56,007 bases of DNA, from assembly GCA_019192515.1 (NCBI GenBank), contig JAHCMM010000115.1, positions 1 through 56,007 on the forward strand. Reading direction: 5' to 3'. Positions within the stretch are counted from its first letter, which is position 1. The number at the start of each line of letters is the position of its first letter. This document shows positions 36,384 to 46,642 of the stretch, one piece after another. A model generated the notes under the pieces. The model saw only the letters and a list, made by a program, of their open reading frames with translations, had not been told where the DNA came from and made no database searches. A program made the translations under genes and the position numbers. The stretch is from Cyclobacteriaceae bacterium SS2 (GTDB lineage Bacteria > Bacteroidota > Bacteroidia > Cytophagales > Cyclobacteriaceae).

Positions 36384-37040
36384 ATGAGAATACATAAAGA
36401 AGGGTTTATCATTATTCCGGTTTCTGCAGTACTGATCGGTTTACTCTATGCATTGCTATATTATTTTATTCCAATAGCAGCCATCCAATACATCCTGGCT
36501 GCTGCAGCTTTGATATTTTGGATCCTGATCGTTCGGTTTTTCAGAAACCCAGAAGTACCTGCCTCCCAGCTACCTGATCAGGTGTTGGCACCGGCTGAAG
36601 GCAAAGTAGTTGTAATCGAAAAAACAAGAGAAGAAGAATACCTTAAAGAAGAGCGGATCCAGATTTCCATTTTTATGTCACCACTCAATGTGCATGTCAA
36701 CCGGAGCCCTTTCAAAGGGAAAATCAGCTATTTCAAATACCACCCGGGTAAGTACCTGGTAGCGTGGCACCCCAAGTCAAGCACAGACAATGAGCGAACT
36801 TCCATAGGATTTGAATTGGAAAATGGCAAAAAGATGCTGATCCGACAGATAGCAGGAGCTGTGGCTCGGAGGATACGATTCTACCCTCAGGTAGGTGATC
36901 CGGTAGACAATGGCTCGGAGGTTGGCTTTATCAGGTTTGGAAGTCGTGTCGATGTGTACCTTCCGTTGGATGCTGATATTAAAGTGAAAATTGGAGATAT
37001 CACAGATTGTGGGAAGACGGTACTGGCCACTTTGAAGTGA
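36384..37040 (+). CDS. psd: phosphatidylserine decarboxylase (short type)
   Basis: 218 aa. Two N-terminal TM segments, NVHVNRSP, and the self-cleavage context IRFGSRVDVYLP. Confidence 0.88.
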   Translation: MRIHKEGFIIIPVSAVLIGLLYALLYYFIPIAAIQYILAAAALIFWILIVRFFRNPEVPASQLPDQVLAPAEGKVVVIEKTREEEYLKEERIQISIFMSPLNVHVNRSPFKGKISYFKYHPGKYLVAWHPKSSTDNERTSIGFELENGKKMLIRQIAGAVARRIRFYPQVGDPVDNGSEVGFIRFGSRVDVYLPLDADIKVKIGDITDCGKTVLATLK

Positions 37041-37126
37041 TCTATTGGCTAAGAAGTTGAATACTATTGCTTTATTCAATCATTAGGGATAACTTAATGT
37101 GCTAATCTTAACCTAATTTATTCACT

Positions 37127-37714
37127 ATGACCTTAACCATTAAGCATCAGGAGACTTACTCACGAGGTGAGCTGCTCCTGAGAACGATCTTTGGATTCTT
37201 TTACATTGGGATCCCCCATTTTTTCCTTTTATTTTTCGTAGGCATCTGGTCGGCGATACTACAGTTTATCTCTTTCTGGGCCATTCTTTTCACCGGTAGG
37301 TATCCCGAAAGCTTTTTTGAATTTCAGGTGGGTGTTATGCGATGGAATATCCGTCTAAACGCCAGATTGATGAACTTAAGCGATGGATATCCTGCATTCG
37401 GCATTCATGGCACTGATGATCAGACTTCCCTGGATGTTCCTTATCCGGAATCACTGAGTAGAGGCCTGGCAATTGTAAAGTTGCTGTTTGGGGCTATCTA
37501 TGTTGGAATTCCTCACGGATTTATTCTGTTCTTTAGGCTGATTTGGGGCTCTATTCTCACATTTATTGCCTTTTGGGTAGTGCTTTTTACCGGAAAATAC
37601 CCTGAAAGCTGGCATACATTTAATGTAAATACCATGAGGTGGAGTACCAGAGTTAATATTTACCTGGGTTTTATGAATGATAAATACCCTCCATTCTCCG
37701 GACAACCTGACTGA
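37127..37714 (+). CDS. DUF4389-family membrane protein (two tandem repeats)
   Basis: 195 aa. It contains two copies of ...IGIPH.F.LFF...W..IL.FI.FW..LFTG.YPES...F.V..MRW..R.N.... Confidence 0.7.
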   Translation: MTLTIKHQETYSRGELLLRTIFGFFYIGIPHFFLLFFVGIWSAILQFISFWAILFTGRYPESFFEFQVGVMRWNIRLNARLMNLSDGYPAFGIHGTDDQTSLDVPYPESLSRGLAIVKLLFGAIYVGIPHGFILFFRLIWGSILTFIAFWVVLFTGKYPESWHTFNVNTMRWSTRVNIYLGFMNDKYPPFSGQPD

Positions 37715-37715
37715 A

Positions 37716-38243
37716 ATGACAAATGAAGAAATATATCATCCGGTAGAACAGCCGGATGATATTCCTACCAGAGACCGGGAAGATGCCATGGGGGCGTATC
37801 TCATGATGTTTGCTGCCCTGGCAGCTGGTCTCCCATTACCTATTATCAATCTGATTGCTGCACTGATCTACTACTTCACCAATCGCGCTAAAAGCCGGTT
37901 TATTGAGTTTCATTCATTGCAGTCTCTTTACTCCCAGATCCCAACCACTATATTAAATGCAGGTCTGGTTTTCTGGACACTGAGGATCCTGTTTCAGGAT
38001 GGCTCATTCCTGAGTGACGAATCCTTTGCATCAGACTTTGCGACAGTCGGGGACGTATACTGGGGATACATCTATGTAGTAGTGGCCGCTAACCTCATCT
38101 ATGTGATATTTAGCATAGTAGGGGCTGTTTATGCCCGCAAAGGAAGGATGTATTATTTTGTTTTCTTTGGAAAACTGGCCTATCATTTTGCTTACAAGAA
38201 GAGAGATGAGTCAAAGCCATTCACAAACCAACCTCCATCGTAA
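37716..38243 (+). CDS. DUF4870-like membrane protein
   Basis: Start taken at MTNEEIYHP, 2 nt after the upstream stop. Three or four TM segments, with LPLPIINLIAALIYYFTNRAKSRFIEFHSLQSL. Confidence 0.45.
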   Translation: MTNEEIYHPVEQPDDIPTRDREDAMGAYLMMFAALAAGLPLPIINLIAALIYYFTNRAKSRFIEFHSLQSLYSQIPTTILNAGLVFWTLRILFQDGSFLSDESFASDFATVGDVYWGYIYVVVAANLIYVIFSIVGAVYARKGRMYYFVFFGKLAYHFAYKKRDESKPFTNQPPS

Positions 38244-38248
38244 TTTTT

Positions 38249-39034
38249 ATGATTCAAAAGATCTATAAGGAGCTACTGATTGTTGTAGGAGTATTCCTGT
38301 TGGTTTGGATGGGAATCATACTTTTAAAACCCGTACCTGAGGCACCTGAGGTGGCTGTGTCCATTGAAACGGAGATGGAGCTTGGGGACAAGCTGGCTGA
38401 AGAGGTCCTTGACAATTATACGGTGATCAACTCTGATACAGTAAGTGACGCTATTTATAAGATAAAGGATAAGTTGCTGAGCTCAATAGGGCTTACTTCT
38501 TACGACTATTCATTTTACGTGGTGAAAGAGGAACAGGTAAATGCTTTTGCAACTCTTGGTGGACATATTTTTATTTTCTCAGGGATGATAGAGATGGCAG
38601 AGGAGCCGGAGGAGTTGGCGGCTGTGCTGGCGCATGAAATAGGTCATGTGGAGGAGCGGCATGTGGTCAACAAACTTGTAAAAGAGATTGGGGTGACCGT
38701 GTTGTTTTCCATTCTGAGTGGCGGTGATCCTGTACTAATTAGTGAAATAGCCCGGGCAGCAGTATCCAGTGCTTTTGACAGATCTCAGGAATCTGAGGCA
38801 GATCTTTTTGCTATGAAAGCCCTAGAAAAGGCTCAGATCAGTCCCCGGTATGTAGCTTCAATTTTCCGAAGGATAAAAGAAAAATACGGTGGGTATGATG
38901 AGCGATTGGAATTCCTTATGTCGCATCCAAACCTCAACAAACGAATCAAAGAATCCCTGGAATATCCGTTGGCAGATGATTTTGAGCCCGCCACACTCGA
39001 AATTGACTGGGCTGCCGTGAAAAGAAACCTATAG
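38249..39034 (+). CDS. M48-family zinc metallopeptidase
   Basis: 261 aa. One N-terminal TM segment, HEIGHVEERH (HExxH) and a downstream ESEAD. Confidence 0.85.
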   Translation: MIQKIYKELLIVVGVFLLVWMGIILLKPVPEAPEVAVSIETEMELGDKLAEEVLDNYTVINSDTVSDAIYKIKDKLLSSIGLTSYDYSFYVVKEEQVNAFATLGGHIFIFSGMIEMAEEPEELAAVLAHEIGHVEERHVVNKLVKEIGVTVLFSILSGGDPVLISEIARAAVSSAFDRSQESEADLFAMKALEKAQISPRYVASIFRRIKEKYGGYDERLEFLMSHPNLNKRIKESLEYPLADDFEPATLEIDWAAVKRNL

Positions 39035-39121
39035 AATGCCCATTTAATAATCCAGTTCTTAATAAGTTTCCGCTTATTTTGTTGAGTTGAATATTGAATA
39101 AACAAAAAGCCTGAAAGAGAC

Positions 39122-40477
39122 ATGATTGATCTAAAAGAGATTACCATTCAGGATCTAAAAACACCCCTCGAAAATTTTTGGAACCTGGCAGCAAATAAGA
39201 CTGAACTACTAAGGAAAAATTATAAGAGTGATACCGGTTCTCCTGTAATTACCAAAGCAGGAAAGTATGTCCCACAAGGATGGACAGACTGGACTCAAGG
39301 GTTTCAGTTTGGTATCCCACTTTTGATATTCGACGCAACAGGTGCTGATGACCTGCTGGGAAAGGCAAAGGAGGACATCAAAGCCAAAATGCCGGCTCAT
39401 CTAAGTCATTTTGGGGTGCACGATCATGGATTCAATACCATCAGTACCTATGGTAATTTGTTGCGCCTTGGAAACCAGGGAAAGATAAACCTGGAATCCT
39501 ACGAAAGAGAATATTATGAGCTGGCTATCAAAATGTCTGCCTCTGTTCAGGCTAGAAGGTGGTCTCAAATTGAGGATGGAGGATTTATCTACTCATTCAA
39601 CGGGCCACACTCCCTGTTTGTGGATACCATTAGATCTTGCCGGGTTTTATTGATGGCTACCAAGCTTGGTCATCAGCTTTATGGTGAGAATGATCAGAAG
39701 ATTGATATGCTGGATAGAGCGATCAAACATGGATTGGCTACAGCTAAATACGGAATATTTTATGGGGAAACTGACCGTACCTATGATGAATGGGGGAGAA
39801 CAGCCCATGAGTCTGTATTCAATATGAATGATGGAAGGTACCGATGTCCTAATTCTCAACAGGGATTTTCCGGATTTACCACCTGGACCCGAGGACTGGC
39901 CTGGGCAATGGCCGGTTTTACGGAGATCCTGGAATTCATCAGAGAGCAAAACCTTCAGTTTGAAAATAGAAAAGAAGTAGAGGCTACGTTCATGAAAGCA
40001 GCCAAAGCTACCTGCGATTTCTTTATCACGAACACCCCGCCAGACGGTGTGCCTTACTGGGATACAGGAGCTCCCAATCTGCATAAGCTAGGTGATTACC
40101 TGAACAAGCCATCAGACCCTTATAATGATTTTGAACCGGTGGACAGCTCTGCCACAGCAATTGGAGCCCAGGGATTGTTTAGGTTGGCTAATCTGTTGAG
40201 TAAAGAAGATGCTGCAGCTGCTGAGAAATACAAAAAGGCGGCCTTGAATAGCTTAAGTACCCTGTTGAAGGAGCCTTACATTTCATCAGAGCCTGCACAC
40301 GAAGGTATTTTGCTTCATGGAATCTATCACCGGCCAAATAACTGGGATTATATCCCGAAAGGATCAAATATCCCTTATGGGGAATCATGCATGTGGGGAG
40401 ATTATCACATGACTGAAGTATGCCTGATGGCCTGGAGAATGCTGAAAGGTGAATCACCCTATAAATTTTTTAAGTAA
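39122..40477 (+). CDS. GH88-like unsaturated glucuronyl hydrolase (no signal peptide)
   Basis: 451 aa. GWTDWTQGFQFG, HDHGF, TTWTRGLAWAMAGF, DGVPYWD, DSSATAIGAQGL and MWGDYH align by eye with Bacillus UGL motifs. Confidence 0.75.
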   Translation: MIDLKEITIQDLKTPLENFWNLAANKTELLRKNYKSDTGSPVITKAGKYVPQGWTDWTQGFQFGIPLLIFDATGADDLLGKAKEDIKAKMPAHLSHFGVHDHGFNTISTYGNLLRLGNQGKINLESYEREYYELAIKMSASVQARRWSQIEDGGFIYSFNGPHSLFVDTIRSCRVLLMATKLGHQLYGENDQKIDMLDRAIKHGLATAKYGIFYGETDRTYDEWGRTAHESVFNMNDGRYRCPNSQQGFSGFTTWTRGLAWAMAGFTEILEFIREQNLQFENRKEVEATFMKAAKATCDFFITNTPPDGVPYWDTGAPNLHKLGDYLNKPSDPYNDFEPVDSSATAIGAQGLFRLANLLSKEDAAAAEKYKKAALNSLSTLLKEPYISSEPAHEGILLHGIYHRPNNWDYIPKGSNIPYGESCMWGDYHMTEVCLMAWRMLKGESPYKFFK

Positions 40478-40507
40478 ACAGATTCGATTAATCCCAAATA
40501 CTCAATC

Positions 40508-42259
40508 ATGATGCGTTCACCCTTTCTTCTGCTGGTATTCATTTTCAGTTTAAAGGTCTTTTCACAGGAGCGTCCAAACGTAATCCTGATCATTACTGAT
40601 GACCAGGGCTATGGTGATATCGGATACCATGGCAATCCGGTTGTGAAAACACCCCATCTGGACCAGCTGGCAAAGGAGAGCGTGAGGTTGACCAACTTTT
40701 ATGTTTCCCCGGTTTGTGCGCCAACACGCTCCAGCCTGATGACCGGAAGGTATTCTTTGCGCACGGGGGTGCATGATACCTACAATGGAGGTGCTATCAT
40801 GGCTACGGAGGAGGTCACCATTGCTGAGGTGCTCAAGCAAGCCAACTACAAAACAGGGATTTTTGGAAAATGGCACCTGGGAGATAATTATCCTTCCAGG
40901 CCTTCGGACCAGGGATTTGATGAATCATTGATCCACCTGGCAGGGGGAATGGGACAACCGGGGGATTTTACTACTTACTTCAAATTTGACAGCAGCTATT
41001 TTGATCCGACTCTGTGGCACAACAATGAGATGGAGGATTATAAAGGTTATTGTTCAGACATATTTGCCGGTGAGGCACTGAAATTCATCAGAGCCAATAA
41101 AGACAATCCATTCTTTTGTTACCTGGCATTTAATGCTCCTCATACTCCACTTCAGCTTCCACAGAAATATTATGACATGTATAAGGATGTGGATCCGGAG
41201 GCAACGTTCAAAAATGGAGATAAACCCATGCCCAGGATGTCTGAACAAGACAAAGAAGCTGCCCGAAAAGTTTATGGGATGGTGACCAATATTGATGATA
41301 ATGTGGGGATGATCCTGGAGGAGCTAAAGAAACTTAAACTTGATAAGAACACGATCGTGATCTTCATGACGGATAATGGACCACAGCAGTATCGGTACAC
41401 TGCTGGGTTTAGGGAGAGAAAAGGTTCTGTTTACCAGGGAGGTGTGAGGGTTCCTTTTTACCTTAGATATCCCCAGGCTTTTAAGAAGAGCAAGGATATT
41501 CGGGTAAATGCGGCTCATATCGATGTGCTGCCGACATTGGCAGACCTGTGTAAAGTGGATACACCAGCCGAGGTGGAGTTGGATGGACAAAGCTTCTTAC
41601 CCTTGATGGATGGAAGTAAAACTGCATGGGATGAGGATCGCTCCTTGTTTTTTTACTGGACCCGAAAGTATCCTGAGCGGTATGAGAACATAGCCCAGCA
41701 AATTGGTGATAAAAAGCTGGTGGGACACACCTCCTATGGCTCAGATATCGAAGGATTTGAACTCTTTGATTTGGAGAAAGATCCATATGAGCAAAATAAC
41801 CTGGTGATGAGCAATACCCCATTGGCTTTGGACCTAAAGGATGAGCTGGATAAGAAATTTAATGAGTTGACAAAGTCTCCACATCTGGTGAATCAAAGCC
41901 CGATCATCATCGGAACTGAATTTGAGAATCCGGTTTACCTCAATCGCAATGACGCTACAGGAGAAAGAGGGGTGTGGCGACAAACAAATGTTTTTGGTAA
42001 GTGGGTTGTCAGTCTCAAAGAGGGTACCTACGATGTGGAGGTTAAGTTTATTGAGTCTGTCATTGGAAAAGGAGTATTAAATCTGGAGACAGGCTCTGTC
42101 ATTAACAAGCAGCGCTATGATGAGGGGGAGACAGATACTTTGATTATGGAAAACGTATCACTTCCAGAGATACAGCGAGGTGATCTTATTCCTTTCTTTA
42201 ATCCTGATGGGTCAGGTGGAGCAATTTTTCCGCTCTGGGTAAAGCTGACTAAGAAGTAG
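40508..42259 (+). CDS. secreted arylsulfatase (formylglycine-dependent sulfatase family)
   Basis: 583 aa. Signal peptide, ITDDQGYGD, SPVCAPTRSSLMTGR (CxPxR), GKWHLG. Confidence 0.9.
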   Translation: MMRSPFLLLVFIFSLKVFSQERPNVILIITDDQGYGDIGYHGNPVVKTPHLDQLAKESVRLTNFYVSPVCAPTRSSLMTGRYSLRTGVHDTYNGGAIMATEEVTIAEVLKQANYKTGIFGKWHLGDNYPSRPSDQGFDESLIHLAGGMGQPGDFTTYFKFDSSYFDPTLWHNNEMEDYKGYCSDIFAGEALKFIRANKDNPFFCYLAFNAPHTPLQLPQKYYDMYKDVDPEATFKNGDKPMPRMSEQDKEAARKVYGMVTNIDDNVGMILEELKKLKLDKNTIVIFMTDNGPQQYRYTAGFRERKGSVYQGGVRVPFYLRYPQAFKKSKDIRVNAAHIDVLPTLADLCKVDTPAEVELDGQSFLPLMDGSKTAWDEDRSLFFYWTRKYPERYENIAQQIGDKKLVGHTSYGSDIEGFELFDLEKDPYEQNNLVMSNTPLALDLKDELDKKFNELTKSPHLVNQSPIIIGTEFENPVYLNRNDATGERGVWRQTNVFGKWVVSLKEGTYDVEVKFIESVIGKGVLNLETGSVINKQRYDEGETDTLIMENVSLPEIQRGDLIPFFNPDGSGGAIFPLWVKLTKK

Positions 42260-42282
42260 ATTTGAGATCAGGAGGTTTTTCC

Positions 42283-42756
42283 TCACCACTGCAACCCTTC
42301 AAGGATCTGTTTCAGATATTGTTCATCTACTTCAGAGAAATCATTCAGTTTGTCACTGTCGATGTCCAGCACTCCCATCACTTCTCCATTATTCATCAAA
42401 GGAATTACAATCTCTGACCTACTGGCGCTACTACAGGCGATATGCCCCGGAAACTGATCCACATCTGGTACAATAAAGGTTTGCTCTTTTTCCCAAACTG
42501 ATCCGCAGACTCCTTTACCTTTGCCAATGCGAGTGCAGGCTATCGGTCCCTGGAATGGACCGAGTACCAGCTCGTTATTCTTCACCAGGTAAAATCCAAT
42601 CCAGTAGAAGTCCAACCCGGTCTTCAGGGCTGCTGAAATATTGGCCAAATTGGCTATGAGATCTGGTTCATCAGCTATAAGTGCCTTGATCTGGGGAACA
42701 AGGGATTTGTATTGTTCTTCTCTGCTGTCCGTTTGGATGAGATTGAGTGTCTCCAT
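42283..42756 (-). CDS. GAF-domain free methionine-(R)-sulfoxide reductase-like protein
   Basis: 157 aa. IACTRIGKGKGVCG and the GHIACSS motifs typical of the YebR/fRMsr family. Confidence 0.7.
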   Translation of the reverse strand: METLNLIQTDSREEQYKSLVPQIKALIADEPDLIANLANISAALKTGLDFYWIGFYLVKNNELVLGPFQGPIACTRIGKGKGVCGSVWEKEQTFIVPDVDQFPGHIACSSASRSEIVIPLMNNGEVMGVLDIDSDKLNDFSEVDEQYLKQILEGLQW

Positions 42757-42757
42757 T

Positions 42758-43789
42758 TTACTTATTGTAATAGGTCATTAATCGATCTTCAAGGATTTTA
42801 GTTTCAGATGTAGTCGCAAAATTCAGCTTTGGGGCTGAAATCCCTTCTTTAAATGTATTGTTACCAATAAACACCCGAGCCTCATCCCATAGCCCCAGGT
42901 CTATAAATGCCTGTAAAGTCGTGCTACCACCTTCAATGATCAGTGAATGAATTTTGCGTTTATGGAGGTCAGTCAAAATATCTTCCATAAATCGATTTTC
43001 TTTTAGCTGGATCCATTCCGTTTGATTTATCAACTCGGGTGCCTGAAGTGTGTAAACCAGTGTGGGCTGCTTATCTGTAAACAGATTTAGATTTTTATCG
43101 AGCGCCTTTTGCCTGTCCAGCACGATTCGCAGGGGACTCTTTCCCTTCCAATCCCTGGAAGTCAGTCTCGGGTTATCGTGGATAGCCGTATTTTTCCCTA
43201 CAAGAATCGCATCTTCTTCCGTCCTCCATTTATGTACCAGCTGTCTTGATAGTGAGTTACTGATCCACTTACTTGAAAAATCTGATCTGGCGATAAATCC
43301 ATCCCTTGTCTGTGCCCACTTGAGGATGATGTAGGGCCTGTCTTTCTGAAAGAACGTGTTGAAGCGAATGTTCTGATCCTTTGCTTCGTTCTCGCATACT
43401 CCGGAGTCTACCTCAATACCTGCAGCCCGGAGTTTCTCAATTCCTCGTCCGTTCACAAGAGGGTTTGGATCACCGGAGGCAACCACAACACGCTTCACCT
43501 GATGAGAAATCAAGAGATCCGCGCATGGAGGGGTTTTTCCGTGGTGACTGCATGGCTCCAGGGTGACATACACAGTGGCCTCCTTGAGTTTTGATTTATC
43601 GGCAACACTGTTGATGGCATTAACTTCTGCGTGAGGTCCACCGTACTTTTGGTGATAGCCTTCACCGATGATTTTACTATCTGCTACCACCACGCAGCCT
43701 ACCATCGGATTGGGACTCACATGGCCAAACCCATTCCAGGCAAGTTGAATTGCCCGTTGCATAAATTTCTTGTCAGAAGCTGAATCCAT
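42758..43789 (-). CDS. ribD: bifunctional riboflavin biosynthesis deaminase/reductase
   Basis: 343 aa. HAEVNAI and TLEPCSHHGKTPPC (CMP/dCMP deaminase zinc site), with a C-terminal RibD reductase domain LIIEGGSTT. Confidence 0.92.
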   Translation of the reverse strand: MDSASDKKFMQRAIQLAWNGFGHVSPNPMVGCVVVADSKIIGEGYHQKYGGPHAEVNAINSVADKSKLKEATVYVTLEPCSHHGKTPPCADLLISHQVKRVVVASGDPNPLVNGRGIEKLRAAGIEVDSGVCENEAKDQNIRFNTFFQKDRPYIILKWAQTRDGFIARSDFSSKWISNSLSRQLVHKWRTEEDAILVGKNTAIHDNPRLTSRDWKGKSPLRIVLDRQKALDKNLNLFTDKQPTLVYTLQAPELINQTEWIQLKENRFMEDILTDLHKRKIHSLIIEGGSTTLQAFIDLGLWDEARVFIGNNTFKEGISAPKLNFATTSETKILEDRLMTYYNK

Positions 43790-43823
43790 TTAGAAACGCT
43801 AAATTCGCCATATTTCATCGAAC

Positions 43824-44669
43824 ATGCTTTCCAACGCCAAAACAATTTTCAGAGAACTTAGTGATCAGCTTGCGTCAGTTTATGGCCCTGATGAGGCAAA
43901 AAATATAGCTTACTTAATATTGGAGGAAGTTACTGCATTAGACAAAACAGATATTCTGATCGAAAAGCCATATCAACTGTCAGGGGAGCCAAAAGAGAAG
44001 ATCTCAAATATTATTGAGAGATTATTGATGCATGAGCCAATCCAATATATTCTCGGTAAGGCTGCTTTTTATGGATTTAAATTATCTGTCAATGAGTACG
44101 TGCTGATCCCACGCCAGGAAACTGAGGAGCTGGTAGACTGGATCATCAAAAGCGATCATCAGGTGAATAATATGCTGGATATTGGGACAGGAAGCGGATG
44201 TATACCGATAGCCCTGGCAAAGCATTATCCTTCCAGACGCGTTCATGCCTGGGATGTATCCGCTGGTGCGCTGGCAGTAGCAAAGGAGAATGCCGCTGCC
44301 AATGAAGTCAATATCCGCTTTCATTTAGTAGATGTGCTTGATCAGGTTCCTGATGAAGAATTTGATTTGATTGTTTCCAATCCACCCTATGTGCTTGAGG
44401 AGGAAAAAGCTGAAATGCAACCTAATGTATTGGACCACGAGCCAGGAACTGCACTGTTTGTTCCAAACCAGGACCCACTACTTTTTTACAGGACCATTTG
44501 TGAGTTGTCGATGAGTCATCTTCATTCGAAGGGCTGGCTTTACTTCGAGATCAATGAAAGGTATGGCCAGAAAGTAATAGATCTAATGAATGACCACCAA
44601 TTTACCAACATTGAGATCAGACAGGATCTGAATGGAAAAGACCGCATGGTAAGGGGTCAGAAATCCTGA
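43824..44669 (+). CDS. prmC: peptide chain release factor N5-glutamine methyltransferase
   Basis: 281 aa. LDIGTGSGCI and IVSNPPYV. Confidence 0.88.
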   Translation: MLSNAKTIFRELSDQLASVYGPDEAKNIAYLILEEVTALDKTDILIEKPYQLSGEPKEKISNIIERLLMHEPIQYILGKAAFYGFKLSVNEYVLIPRQETEELVDWIIKSDHQVNNMLDIGTGSGCIPIALAKHYPSRRVHAWDVSAGALAVAKENAAANEVNIRFHLVDVLDQVPDEEFDLIVSNPPYVLEEEKAEMQPNVLDHEPGTALFVPNQDPLLFYRTICELSMSHLHSKGWLYFEINERYGQKVIDLMNDHQFTNIEIRQDLNGKDRMVRGQKS

Positions 44670-44671
44670 TC

Positions 44672-46000
44672 CTACAGATCAAAAATAATTCTTACTCTTA
44701 CAGATCCTTCCACAGGATCGCCATTGTAGGTAGCTGGTGACCATTGAGGACCTTCTTCAATCAATCTTACCGCCTCCTGGTCGCAACTGGCACTTAGACT
44801 TTTCTTTACCTCTATGTTGTTAATAGAGCCGCTGGAAGAAACAGTAACTTTTAAAACAACAACTCCTTCGACTTGTTGAGTTCTGGCGGCTTCAGGGTAT
44901 TGCAATGAGGTATTTACATATTCCCGGAATGCATTCCTTCCTCCCACAGGCTCAGGGGATTTATTCACGATGTTATCGTAACCAATGATGGCGACCTTTT
45001 CGCTTGTTGCTGCAGGAGATAGTACCGTATTGACAGGTTCAGTATTTTCCACGGTCACATCTCTCGACACCAGCCCCTGACCTGAAAAACTCAGCGTACT
45101 CCCCACATTCACGCCTGTCAATTCAAACTGCCCATTGAGACCGGTTACCGTACGATTTCCCCCTGCCGATACCTGAACTCCTGCCAAAGGTTCTCCATCT
45201 TCTCGATAGTAAACTGCCCCTTTTACTGACTGAACTTCATTTGCGGCTGCAGATCTGGCCTGTGTAGTAGGTGCTGCTATTGACTTTTTCGCCAGTTCTT
45301 GTGTGGGTTGATTGGCAACAGCTGAAGTAATTTGAGTATTTTGTATAACCTCGGTAGCAGTCTCCTGAGGAGAAATGGGTTCAGGTTCAAGGTTTTCAGA
45401 CTGCTGATCATTAAAAGCCAATTGCCCGGCTCCTGCACTTGCATCGTCCTCTTCTTCTTCGATAATATCTTCTTCAAGGCTGCCTGTCTCAGGTTCTGCT
45501 ACTTCTGCCAACTCAACTGCGGGGATGACTTCTTCTTCCTCAACCTCTCGATCTTCTGCTTCCGCAGGTTGATTATCTGCTATTAAAGGTTCCGGTTCTG
45601 AAATCTCGCTCACAAGTGAGTCAGTCTCCATCATCATCTCATCTTTTGGCGGTTCCTGATCGCTTTTCAAGGAAATCTGATCACCTGGAAGTGCATTATT
45701 GACCACAAACCAGATGGAGCTGAATGCAACTATCAGGAAGGCAATCGTAGCCGCAATACTCATATAGCCTGGTTTATGATAGATCTGTTTTTGCTCCAGT
45801 CTATCCCTTAGGGCCATCAGGTCTGCTTTAATTTCAGGGGCAGGATGCTTAGAAAGACCTTCAAATGCCTCTTCTTCAAATGAAGAAGTCAGGATCTGCC
45901 TTTCTATCCGGTTGGCTTCTACGCCTTTGATCTTTCCTTCCAGGTAATCGAGCAGTTCTTGTTCGGATATTGGCTTATTGGGTTGTTTATCTTTTGACAT
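44672..46000 (-). CDS. membrane anti-sigma-like protein with an acidic linker, a CarboxypepD_reg-like domain and a TonB C-terminal domain
   Basis: 442 aa. Its N-terminus overlaps the sigma gene by 14 nt. One TM segment (IAATIAFLIVAFSSIWFVV), an E/D-rich linker, VKGAVYYREDGEPLAGVQVSAGGNRTVTGLNGQFEL, then TonB_C-like YPEAARTQQVEGVVVLKVTVSSSGSI. Confidence 0.7.
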   Translation of the reverse strand: MSKDKQPNKPISEQELLDYLEGKIKGVEANRIERQILTSSFEEEAFEGLSKHPAPEIKADLMALRDRLEQKQIYHKPGYMSIAATIAFLIVAFSSIWFVVNNALPGDQISLKSDQEPPKDEMMMETDSLVSEISEPEPLIADNQPAEAEDREVEEEEVIPAVELAEVAEPETGSLEEDIIEEEEDDASAGAGQLAFNDQQSENLEPEPISPQETATEVIQNTQITSAVANQPTQELAKKSIAAPTTQARSAAANEVQSVKGAVYYREDGEPLAGVQVSAGGNRTVTGLNGQFELTGVNVGSTLSFSGQGLVSRDVTVENTEPVNTVLSPAATSEKVAIIGYDNIVNKSPEPVGGRNAFREYVNTSLQYPEAARTQQVEGVVVLKVTVSSSGSINNIEVKKSLSASCDQEAVRLIEEGPQWSPATYNGDPVEGSVRVRIIFDL

Positions 46001-46505
46001 GTTTGGCCTCCAGGCAGTTTTTTAAATTTCTCTTACCATTTTGTATGCTACTCTTCACTTCATTCAAAGTAAATGATGTAGCATTTGTGATCTCCTCGTA
46101 ACTCTTCTGTTTTAGATAAAACAAAGAGACACATTCTTTTTGTTTGTCCTTCAATCCTTCCAGGCAATCTTTCAGGGCATCAAGGTCATTATCTATTTCA
46201 TACTCATCATTAGGATGCAACACAGCCTCATTTTCCATAACGAACCCATTGAATTCCTTTTGACTGGTCTTTTTGCGGAGCACCATCAGACAATGATTTT
46301 TGGCTACTATGTAAAGCCAGCTCTTAAAATAGGTTACCTCCTGGGTTTTTAGCTTTTTTGACAATTGTTCAAAAATACTCATTACTGCATCCTGACTTTC
46401 TTCCCTTGACTTCAGGTATTTCAGACATAGACCATATACCAGGTGCATATAGCGTTGAAACAAGGCACCTAGTGCATCCTGATCATCCTGACTCTGATAA
46501 GCCAT
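45987..46505 (-). CDS. ECF-type RNA polymerase sigma factor
   Basis: Region 2 LFQRYMHLVYGLCLKYL...FKSWLYIVAKN and region 4 KQKECVSLFYLKQKSYEEIT. The ATG at 46505 is preferred over the track TTG at 46556. Confidence 0.85.
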   Translation of the reverse strand: MAYQSQDDQDALGALFQRYMHLVYGLCLKYLKSREESQDAVMSIFEQLSKKLKTQEVTYFKSWLYIVAKNHCLMVLRKKTSQKEFNGFVMENEAVLHPNDEYEIDNDLDALKDCLEGLKDKQKECVSLFYLKQKSYEEITNATSFTLNEVKSSIQNGKRNLKNCLEAKHVKR

Positions 46506-46642
46506 GATAAGATCGGAATCACTTTGGGTCTCAATATGTGCTTTGGATGGGCTCAAGGGGAGAATGTCAAAAAAAATAATTCACCTTTTATGGAATTCCT
46601 GAGTGATCTACATCTCAATGGTAGATCAAATTTATTATCAAG

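Noticed and set aside
43790-43823. FMN riboswitch expected upstream of ribD
   Set aside because: Only 34 nt separate ribD from the divergent prmC, and no FMN-element sequence is present.
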